From the sequence record PV472050.1: a stretch of 64,000 bases of DNA; one strand, given 5' to 3'. The number at the start of each line of letters is the position of its first letter. The stretch's first letter is position 1. The translations under genes were made by a program, and so were the position numbers. Of this stretch, positions 46,103 to 55,312 are shown piece by piece. A model generated the notes under the pieces. The model saw only the letters and a program-made list of their open reading frames with translations. It searched no databases and had not been told where the DNA came from.

Positions 46103-47545
46103 ATGAAACCGACTAACATTACCCTCTTAGACCCCCGGACGATTGTTCCGGGTGTCTTTAAACCTATTACGTCTACGGACTCATTTGAAGGGATGACTCA
46201 GAACCTCAATGATGATGGTCTCTTCTCCCTTGACATCTTCGGTAAACTGGGTAGTAAACAACGTGATAACACGGAAGCGTATATCGACGTTAAACTTCCC
46301 ATCTTCAATCCCACTTACCTAAAAGCCCTTATACAGATCAAAAGTCTGTATCATTCAATTTTGAAAGGATCGGAATACGCGGTATGGGATCCCGAACTGA
46401 AGGATTTCATAAAATCGAACATCCTGGAAGGGGAAAAGGGTTTCGCTTTCTTCCTGAAACATTTTGATGAAACCGTCTTCTCCCTGACACCTTCTCATAA
46501 ACGCAAACAACGGGTAGAACTGGCGAACCAATTCCGTAAGACAGCGTTAACGGATAAGGTCCTGGTTATCCCCGCTGGTCTCAGGGATATCCAATTCAAT
46601 CCGGATGGTTCCCACACCGAACCTGAAATCACTGAATTCTACCGCGCCTTAATGTTCCGGGTGAGGGTGATCCTCGGGAATAAGGAAGATGCCCTGAACC
46701 CCCTTTACGATACCGTTCGGTGGGGGGTACAGAATGCTTTCTTGGAATTGGATAATTACCTCTTTGGTTTACTCCAGGGGAAAGGGGGTGTTCTCCAGCG
46801 TCGTATGTCCACCCGGGGGGTTCACAACAGCACCCGGAACGTCATTACCGCCCGTAAAGTCTCCAGGACACGTTTAGACTTCGACGACGGTGTAGGTCCT
46901 AACTCTGCGGACATGGGACTCTATCAAGCCCTGCTGAACTTCCCTTATGTCTGCATCAACGCGTTAACCAACGGCTACCTTTCCAACATCTTCACCCCCA
47001 GCTCTCAAACCGCTAAGCTGGTGAATACCAAGACCCTGGAATACGAATACGCTGAAGTCTCCCCTGAGGTGGTAGAGAAATGGACCACCGCCACCGGGTT
47101 AATGAAACTCTTCAACGGGTTTGCTGATCCCTCCCTACGGAGTAAACCCATTGTCATTGAGTGGAAATACTTAGCCCTCATTTATGATGATGGGACTGAT
47201 GTGTGTGTTCTCCATGACATCAACGATCTCCCTCAAGGGAAAGACCGTAAATGGGTGAAACCTATCACCTACATGGAACTCTTCTACTTGAGTTGCCACA
47301 GTGTCATCGAAGAACAGATTACAGGACAAACCCGGTATCCCATTACGGGGATTGGCTCTATCTTCCCGGCTAAGGTTAACCTACGTACCACCACCAATGC
47401 GAGCCAGCGGGTGATCCGTAATCCGATTGATTGGAGTGTGCGGGAAACCTGTAAACGGTTCCCTAAACGTGAAGCCCACCCCGATTACTTCGATGCCATG
47501 TCCGTAGACCCCTCTAGAGAAGCTTTGCTCGACAGTGACCATGAT
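46103..47545 (+). CDS. rpoC: Virion RNA polymerase beta' (phiKZ gp180 type), exon 1
   Basis: DDGLFS.DIFG, GH/I.L-P-like, VLVIPAGLRD and KGG...R motifs; ends ...DSDHD at the splice site. Confidence 0.88.
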
Positions 47546-49318
47546 TAGATAGTGATGCATGATATAAACTCACTATACAACTCCTATTGTATGCGGAAGT
47601 GTTCGCATTCGACCATAAGGAGTTGTAAAGATGTTAACGTGTTTTGGAAAGAAATACGTGTTGTCTACAACCAACACAGTTTACAATGTCACCGATAAGA
47701 CGGATGTTCCAGTCCATCGGATGGCAGACGGGAATACGTTCTTCATCGCACGGGGCGATGAAAACGAACTGGTTAAGATCAAACTGGGGTTAATGATCCT
47801 CCATGGAGAAGGAAAGTTCCATCTTCCTATCTCTGAATGGGAACAGGTGAAAGTAGGTTTTCTGGATGACGATACAGGAAACTTTGCAGCGGATAACCTT
47901 TACTTGGTCTATCCTGAAGAGGGCATCCCTTACCCTGAACTCTCTGGGTACTACTACATCCCTGGGTTTGAACTCAACGCAATCAACCGAGACGGTGTGG
48001 TATACCGAACACTTAGAAAGAATCTTTACCCACCGTATCTGGGTGGTAACACCGTTCCTAACAGTTTCTACCCCTTTGTTCGACTGGATGTGGTCAGTGG
48101 GGATGAACGCAAGTATGTCCACCGGCTACTGGCGGAGACCTTCGGTAAGCCGCCTAAGGGCTACCCCAAGCTACTGGTCGACCATAATGACGGTAACAAG
48201 ATGAACTTCAAGCTCTTTAACTTGATTTGGGTTACCGCTAAGAACAACACTTTCAAAGCGTACAACAATCAAGAAGCGAGAGCGGACAATAATCCCTTGG
48301 AGGTTTTTGACAGGGAATTAGGTCAAGTCTTTAAGTACGTCAGTCAAAATGAGTTTGCGAGAACCATGGAGGTGGATTCTTGGTGCATTAGTCTGGTACT
48401 CAAACGTCCTCGTTCAGTGTACAAGAACAGGTACGTTCTTCGTCGGAAGGGAGATACACGTGACTTCCAAGAGATCTGGGACTATAAACCCCCTGTGGGT
48501 AAGAAGATCCTTGCCCGGAATGTCTTCACCGGTGAAATCACGGTGTATAATTCATTGGCAGAGGCCTCTAGAGCAACACAGGTAGGGACAACAGGCATCC
48601 TGACGTCCCTGAGTAACACCAACCCGAGATCCGCCTTTAAAGACCTTCAATTCAAGCGGGAGTCTGACGAGACCCCTTGGCCCGATTTGAATGAATACGA
48701 ACTGGAATGCATCCGGCGCAAGATGCACCCTGCTACAGCTGTGTATGAAATGTTTGATTCGGTAACCCAGGAGACGTCGATTGTGTATGGCGTTGATGCA
48801 GTTACCCGAATCACTGGAGCCAATCCCCGTACCGTTATCGTTTGCGCACGAGAAGGTAAGTTGCTCCATTCCCGTTATCGTTTCAAGAAACTTACACGTT
48901 AACGCGTTTATATCCATCACTTAGTCCGGCTAGGCACGAAAGTCCTAGACCGTATTCCTCTGAATTGCTGGGAGTTCACAAAAGTCTGTTGGCTACAACG
49001 TAACTGGAAACAGTAAGCGTGAATGCGACCGAAAGGTAGAAAGAACAACAGACCTGACCTACGCTAACCAATAACGCTAAGGGTCGTAAACAAGGGACAA
49101 TCAGCCGCTAAGACGCTACCGGGTATTAGACCCTATGCGTAAAGTTCAACGACTAAGGGAGTTATGACCCTGTACACCTACCAAGGAAGGGGGTGGAAGT
49201 GGAGGAGACCTAAGGGGGGAATAGACCTATTCCCTACGGTCAAGATATAGTCTGGCCCTGTTTAATAGACAGGCAGGCACCTGAGCGTGCCGGGTCCTAG
49301 TATGGACTGACCACCGCG
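47546..49318 (+). mobile_element. Group I intron (1773 nt) with internal HNH endonuclease ORF
   Basis: Exon ends in U, intron ends in G; P AATTGCTGGGAG 48963, Q AATCAGCCGC 49099, R GTTCAACGACTA 49143, S AAGATATAGTCT 49242; splicing is in frame. Confidence 0.9.
47631..48902 (+). CDS. Intron-encoded HNH homing endonuclease with three NUMOD1/IENR1-like repeats
   Basis: YVHRLLAETF...VDHNDGNKMNFKLFNLIWVTAKNN; three C-terminal repeats of the type F...TGE...Y.S..EA.R. Confidence 0.9.
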   Translation: MLTCFGKKYVLSTTNTVYNVTDKTDVPVHRMADGNTFFIARGDENELVKIKLGLMILHGEGKFHLPISEWEQVKVGFLDDDTGNFAADNLYLVYPEEGIPYPELSGYYYIPGFELNAINRDGVVYRTLRKNLYPPYLGGNTVPNSFYPFVRLDVVSGDERKYVHRLLAETFGKPPKGYPKLLVDHNDGNKMNFKLFNLIWVTAKNNTFKAYNNQEARADNNPLEVFDRELGQVFKYVSQNEFARTMEVDSWCISLVLKRPRSVYKNRYVLRRKGDTRDFQEIWDYKPPVGKKILARNVFTGEITVYNSLAEASRATQVGTTGILTSLSNTNPRSAFKDLQFKRESDETPWPDLNEYELECIRRKMHPATAVYEMFDSVTQETSIVYGVDAVTRITGANPRTVIVCAREGKLLHSRYRFKKLTR

Positions 49319-49501
49319 GGCGATCAATTGTCGAGCCATTCTGTTGTAGCGGAAGACAGCAAACAACAGGCCTACGAACTCTTTGGGAAACGGGAGTATT
49401 ACATCAGTGGTACGGGTCGGTTTTTGTACGATCCGATCAACGAACCGATTCTCTTTATGTTTAAAGCAGCGACGAGCGGCTTAGAGGATATTGAGGTATG
49501 A
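49319..49501 (+). CDS. rpoC: Virion RNAP beta' exon 2 (60 aa, GDQLSSHSVV...EDIEV)
   Basis: Read manually; in frame after the omega-G, completes the DHD/GD motif; TGA overlaps the ATG of the beta gene. Confidence 0.85.
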   Translation, partial: GDQLSSHSVVAEDSKQQAYELFGKREYYISGTGRFLYDPINEPILFMFKAATSGLEDIEV

Positions 49502-52500
49502 GCAATCCAATTACGTATTCCGAGTTCTTTAAGCACTTTGTGCTGCGTAAGAAACAAGACGTTGTAAACCCTAAAGTCCTGGGTATTGGTGAAGTGATCC
49601 TTCCTAAGGGGAGTTTGCTGCACTTCGTACCGAAGACGGTTAATGAAAAGGGACCGGGTAGTAGTGAAGCGTTTATCAGTAACTTCCCTAAAGAGGTCTT
49701 TATTGAGTTTGTAAGGGACGGGTATAAGCCGGTGATGGGGCATGGGCGTACAGTCGCCTATGACTACCCTAAGGCGGTTAAGGCGTACCGGGCGAGTCAC
49801 TACATGTACAGCTGGGTGCGTGAGATCAGCACGGTGTACAACAAAGAGAACGTGCTAGTCGTTAAGAACTACGGGATGATTCCTCAGGGGTTCGTTTACC
49901 GTCCGAGTATTTTCGTGAATTATGAAAAATACTACAACATGATGCACCTGCTCATTGAGAACATCAATGCGGAAGCCGAGAAAGGGGTGCGTCGGCAGTA
50001 TATGCGGATTGACCTGCCGTTGAACCTACCGTCCCTGGTTGAGCTTGAGAAAGACTACGGACGGTTTATCGATGGGTTTAAGGACGGCCATCCTGTCCTG
50101 ATGCGCAATATGCTGGAGAGTACGAAGGCTGAGAACTGCTATTGGCTGTTGGACCTACTGGGGTTCCTGTTTGGCCAGTATTCGTTCAGTTTGTTCGGTA
50201 AACTCACCGACCAGGCGTATAAGGATTTGCATATCCTCTTTACGTCACAAAGTAAAGTCATTGTAGTACAACTGGGGCTGTTGAAGGGTTGGTTAGATGA
50301 AACAAATCCTAAAGACGAGAAAACCTACCCCTCTGCTCGGAAAGAGTTTGAAAGTCTGAAGACATTGACCCGCCATAATGCGGTTAAACGTTTCTATTTG
50401 GCTTTGATGAATCTTTCTCGTGGAGGCGTTCCTGAGAATGTACTCATTAAAGAGGAAACGAAAAATGTCATCCCAATTGCCGGAGAGAAAGGTACCGTTG
50501 ACCAAGTGGCTGCGGGAACGTCACGAGAAGAAGAAGAAGAAACATCCAATCTTCCAGAAACCCGAGACCATACTGGCTCGGGCACGGTTCCCCGTGCTGA
50601 TCGTCCTGCTGGTTCTATCCTTGATGTTTTCAGCCGAAGTGAAGGACCTGGCGAGGCACATGACGAAGAGCAAGACACAGCGGGAGAACGAGGTGCTGAT
50701 TCAAATCTTGAAGAGTGGACATCGCCGGTAGATGATGAACTACTGGAGGTGGAGAAAGTCCAAACCGAGATCAATACCAACAAGAATGTGTTTAAGACGC
50801 CTGAGAGTGGTGTAAAGCGGGCGTTGGAGGAGCGGGCTAAGGAAGGTACGCTGACGGTAGCTGAACATGATTTCTTCATGCGTAAAGCGACCCGTTATCA
50901 GCACATTGAAATGGAGAACGGTCAAACGTTCGAAGAGTTCATTCAGATTAAACCCGAAGAGGTTAAAGACCTGGGTGGAGAGATTGAAGGTGAGTTTCTC
51001 CCCGTACTGGATGAGAGCATGCTGCGGAGTCGTGCCAAATCCCTCAAGATCGAATATCCTCAGAAGTTTTTACACCGGGATATTGGTCGAATGGTGTTGG
51101 GTCTTCAGAACGCTGGCTTTGCGATGAACGACTATCGGCGTGAGAAGGTCGTCAGCGTAGAAGGTAGTTACGAGGTCCACAGCATTCAGTTGCACGAAGT
51201 CAATGGTGATCAGGTCACTGTACATACTCGGTTGCCTACGGTGCTGAAAGACGGCACCTACGTCATTGATGGTGTTAAGCAACACATGCAACTGCAACGT
51301 CGGGAGAAACCTTTCCGGAAGATCAGTCCTCGGGAAGTGGTGCTGTCGAGCTATTACGACCGTAAGCTCATGGTGAGTCGTAGTCCGAAGATGGTGGATA
51401 ACCTTTCTACGTTCATGGTGAAGCAAATCTCCCTCCAGAGTAAGCGGAAAGGGTATACGGTCACTAAAGGCAGTACTTGGGATCGCTCCCTTAAAGCCCC
51501 TCGGATTTACAGCATTCTGGCTCGTCAGTACAAGTACATTACTGTCGACGGGTTGGTATTGGACTTCCGGTTGAAGGATCTCCTGGAACTCCACCCTGAG
51601 TTCAAAGCCTATACCCGCCCTGATCGGTTCTTGATTGGGGTAAAAGACGGATTACCTTTGATCATTGATGATTACGGTAACCTGTACAAAGGGGAAGAGG
51701 AACTCGGTACTGTTGAAGACTTGCTCGGTATTGATGTTCGTAAAGCGCCTTTGGAACACGTGGTGATTAATATCAGCGGGTACTCGTTCCCGTTGGGGGT
51801 GGTTCTGTGCTTCTACTTCGGTATTGACGAACTGCTGCGGGTGATTAAAGCCACGACGCGTTCGGTACCCGTAGGAACCCGCCCTAAATTGACTGAGGAT
51901 GAATACGCGATTCAGTTCAATGACGAATACCTGATCTTTAACCGTCGGGAGAAGCTCACCACGTTGATCTTCGGTGGAATGCCGAAGTTGAACAACATCA
52001 GTAACTTCAGTCGGAGTGATTTGAATAATAACAGTATCTGGAGTGCGTTGATGGGAGACCCTCGGGTTCGTCCATCTCAGTTCCAGGAAATGAAGAACCT
52101 CTTCGATCTCTTTATCGATCCCATTACGAAAGACCTCTTGAAAGAGATGAAGCTGTCTGAAGACTTCCATTACTTGCTGATTGATGCAGCTAAGGCATTG
52201 GAAACGGATTACAGTCGACACGAGGTGGAGATTGAAGAGCAACGCATTGTAGGGTATGAACGCTTCGCAGGTCATCTCTACACGGAATTTGTAAAGTCCA
52301 TTCGTCAATACCGGAATAAAGGGAAAGGGCGTAAACACAAACTGGACTTTAATCCGGATGCGGTTATTATTGCCATTGGCACTGACCGGTCTACGAACTT
52401 GGTGGAGGAAGTGAATCCGGTTCACCAAGTGAAAGACCAAGAGGAAGTGACGTTTGGGGGTACGGGTGGTCGTAGTGAAATCACCATGGTCAAACGTGCG

Positions 52501-52698
52501 CGGACTCAGCTGGAGAGTTACAAAGGGGTCATCAGTGAAGCCAACAAGGACAGTGGTAAAGTGGGGTATGTGACCTACACCACCTCTGATCCGGGTATCG
52601 CTGATTTCCGAGGCAATGTTGATCCCAAGAACAAACGTACTCCTACTGGTGACGGTTCGGTTACCATGAACCTGATGTACGGTGGAACGCATGACGAT
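49498..52698 (+). CDS. rpoB: Virion RNA polymerase beta N-terminal subunit (phiKZ gp178 type), exon 1
   Basis: RpoB-like motifs LP......YVIDG, GGTGGR, GVISEA..DSGKVG, HDD; GAGGT RBS. Confidence 0.88.
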
Positions 52699-53104
52699 GA
52701 GTGTGGAAAACAATAGATCACTCAGTCCAACCAGGGAGTAATCCCTGGTTGCCATTACCTTTAATTGCGGGAACCTACTGAGAGCCTTATCACCAAACCC
52801 GAGCAGGAAACCAACGGGTGGCCAACCATAACGGGTTGGGGACGGAATAACGATAAGGATGGGGAACCCTACGCAGCGAAGCGCCTACGTATTGTCGAGA
52901 GGACAAGATAGGGTGAACGTTCAACGACTACGGATGAAATTTCCGGTAGAGGTGTCAGGATGATACTTCCAAAAGTAAGGTTGCCCTGTATGCTCGAGGT
53001 GGAATAACACTGAGTACAGGGATGAAATATAGTCTCGTCATCTAAGGGAAAACCTTAGAGCGTGGTGCTACGCGCACCGGCGGATAGGAAATCCGTGAAG
53101 TTCG
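52699..53104 (+). mobile_element. Group I intron (406 nt), ORF-less
   Basis: Exon ends GAU, intron ends in G; P AATTGCGGGAA 52763, R GTTCAACGACTAC 52919, S AAATATAGTC 53025 (P7 GACUA/UAGUC); in-frame join HDD/VKRAVF. Confidence 0.9.
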
Positions 53105-54223
53105 GTCAAACGAGCAGTATTCACATCGACTCAGGCCTCTCAAGCAGTGATGGCTAAGAACTACGAGATCGTTACCCTGAGAACGGGTTACGAGAACGTA
53201 CTGGCTCACCGGACCTCCGATCTTTACAGCAAAGTAGCTGCTGAAGATGGTAAGGTTACTAAAGTGGAGAACGATCGCTTACTCGTCGAATACAAGGACG
53301 GAACAACGGACTCGTATCCCTTAGGGTTGGTGATTGGGGAAGCCAGTGGGGAATATCATCCCCACAGCCGTACCACAGATCTGAAGGTCGGAGATACCTT
53401 CCGTAAGGGAGATGTCATCGGTTGGGATGAAAACTGGTTCGGTCGAGACCCCTTCTGCCCAGGGCAAGTCGGGGTTAAGATGGGTAAAATGTGCCAGATC
53501 GTTATGGTGGAAGACCAGGATGTGTACGAGGACTCTATTGCAATTTCGAAAGAATTGGCCATGGAAGCACGTACCCCATTCATTAAACCCAGTCGGTTTG
53601 CCGAGGACGTGTCAAACAACCTGGTAATGCGGGTTAAGGTAGGAGATTACGTCGAACAGGACACGATTTTATGTGATATCGAAGAGCCTCACTTGGTGGA
53701 GGGCGAGGAGCTTCCTGAGCTCGAAGCAGACATCAACAAACTCGGTATCAAACAGATCCGTTCGAAGCATCATGGAAAGATCGTACACATCGATGTTCGG
53801 TACAACTCTCCCTTAGACAAGATGTCTGAGTCGTTCCGTTCGTTCATTGTTCAGAAGGATAAGGAAACGAAACGGAAAGGGTTGGTGGAAGGAACCGGTG
53901 TCGAGAACAATGCCATTTCCACGATGTTCAATCTTAATCGTCCCATGTTAGGTCCAGGTAAGGCATTCATTACGTTCTACATCGAGTCGTTAGACCCGAG
54001 TACCAATGCGGATAAGTATGTCATTGGGAACCAGATGAAAGCCACTGTGGGTCGTATCATGGAAAGACCGCTTAAGACTGCCAGTGGGATTGTAATTGAT
54101 GTGAAGTCGAGCTTTAAAGGGATGTTTAACCGAATGGTGCTCAGTTTGAGGAACAAGCTGGTTGCTAACGAGTATGGTTACCAAATCACTCGCCAAGCCA
54201 TTAAACTCTACAGAGGTAAATAA
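53105..54223 (+). CDS. rpoB: Virion RNAP beta exon 2 (372 aa)
   Basis: VKRAVFTSTQASQAV, TGYE, VYEDSI and ADKY..GNQMK motifs of RpoB; frame is open from 53105. Confidence 0.88.
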   Translation, partial: VKRAVFTSTQASQAVMAKNYEIVTLRTGYENVLAHRTSDLYSKVAAEDGKVTKVENDRLLVEYKDGTTDSYPLGLVIGEASGEYHPHSRTTDLKVGDTFRKGDVIGWDENWFGRDPFCPGQVGVKMGKMCQIVMVEDQDVYEDSIAISKELAMEARTPFIKPSRFAEDVSNNLVMRVKVGDYVEQDTILCDIEEPHLVEGEELPELEADINKLGIKQIRSKHHGKIVHIDVRYNSPLDKMSESFRSFIVQKDKETKRKGLVEGTGVENNAISTMFNLNRPMLGPGKAFITFYIESLDPSTNADKYVIGNQMKATVGRIMERPLKTASGIVIDVKSSFKGMFNRMVLSLRNKLVANEYGYQITRQAIKLYRGK

Positions 54224-54225
54224 CG

Positions 54226-55104
54226 ATGAACTTCCGGACGAAGAACGGTTACCGAGACCTGCAAGCATTGGTCAAGGAACTGGGTCTTTATACCGGGCAG
54301 ATTGACGGTGTGTGGGGGAAGGGAACTTCCTCCTCCACTGAAACCCTGCTTCGGGGGTATGCGGAGGTGGTGGGTAAGAATACCGGAGGTATCGGTCTCC
54401 CCACCACTTCGGATGCCAGTGGTTATAACGTCATTACAGCGCTCCAGCGTAACCTGGCCTTCTTGGGTCTCTATTCCCTGACCGTGGATGGTATTTGGGG
54501 GAATGGGACCTTGAGTGGTTTGGATAAGGCATTCGAGGTGTACAAGGAGCGTTACCGTACACCAGCCTATGACATTGCGTGGAGTGGTAAAGTCAGTCCT
54601 GCCTTTACGGCGAAAGTGAAGGATTGGTGTGGTGTTCATGTGCCGAATCACCGAGCGCCTCATTGGCTGATGGCCTGTATGGCTTTCGAGACCGGTCAGA
54701 CATTCAGTCCGTCTATTAAGAATGCGGCGGGTTCTGAAGCGTATGGATTGATTCAATTCATGAGTCCGGCCGCCAATGATTTGAATGTTCCGTTGAGTGT
54801 GATTCGATCCATGGATCAGTTGACTCAATTGGATCTGGTCTTCAAGTACTTCGAAATGTGGATGAAACGGGGTAAGCGGTATACCCAGTTGGAGGATTTC
54901 TATCTGACGATCTTCCATCCGGCCTCAGTAGGTAAGAAGGCTGATGAAGTCCTCTTCCTTCAGGGGAGTAAAGCGTATCTCCAGAACAAGGGGTTCGATG
55001 TAGACAAGGATGGTAAGATCACCCTGGGTGAAATTTCTTCTACATTGTACACCACGTATTACAAAGGTCTGTTGCCTGAAAATCGTCACGTTATTTCGTA
55101 TTGA
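54226..55104 (+). CDS. Modular endolysin (EL188 type): two peptidoglycan-binding repeats plus lytic transglycosylase/lysozyme domain
   Basis: LQ..L..LGLY.G.IDG.WG.GT twice; MAFETG...GLIQFM catalytic region; near-identical to my recall of EL188. Confidence 0.93.
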   Translation: MNFRTKNGYRDLQALVKELGLYTGQIDGVWGKGTSSSTETLLRGYAEVVGKNTGGIGLPTTSDASGYNVITALQRNLAFLGLYSLTVDGIWGNGTLSGLDKAFEVYKERYRTPAYDIAWSGKVSPAFTAKVKDWCGVHVPNHRAPHWLMACMAFETGQTFSPSIKNAAGSEAYGLIQFMSPAANDLNVPLSVIRSMDQLTQLDLVFKYFEMWMKRGKRYTQLEDFYLTIFHPASVGKKADEVLFLQGSKAYLQNKGFDVDKDGKITLGEISSTLYTTYYKGLLPENRHVISY

Positions 55105-55135
55105 TTCACCTTCTTTTCCGTAGGAGAGTTTCCCT

Positions 55136-55312
55136 GTGAAAGCAGAACTAATCAACAATGTCATTGCACTGGCGAATACCGCGGAGTTCGTTAAACAGAC
55201 GATCCGTAAGGTAGGACTGGAATACATTGCGCCGCTGGACCCCAGTATTCAGGCTGAGAAGATCAGCAAGGCCCTCACGAAGCGTGTTGTTAAACAAGGA
55301 GCGAACCAATGA
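55136..55312 (+). CDS. Small hypothetical protein (58 aa, MKAELINNVIALANTAEF...), below ORF-track cutoff
   Basis: TAGGAG RBS, GTG start, TGA overlaps the ATG of the next gene. Confidence 0.65.
   Translation: MKAELINNVIALANTAEFVKQTIRKVGLEYIAPLDPSIQAEKISKALTKRVVKQGANQ

Noticed and set aside
47631-48902. HNH ORF as a free-standing gene between two RNAP genes
   Set aside because: The group I core and an in-frame downstream exon show that it is intron-encoded.
48903-49318. Structured non-coding stretch considered as tRNA or an independent ncRNA
   Set aside because: No cloverleaf, T-loop or CCA; the structure is explained by the intron catalytic core.
52699-52716. C-terminal ECGKQ of the 1072-aa ORF and GTG start at 53147 as real protein ends
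   Set aside because: Both are products of the unspliced sequence; splicing restores the conserved RpoB motif.
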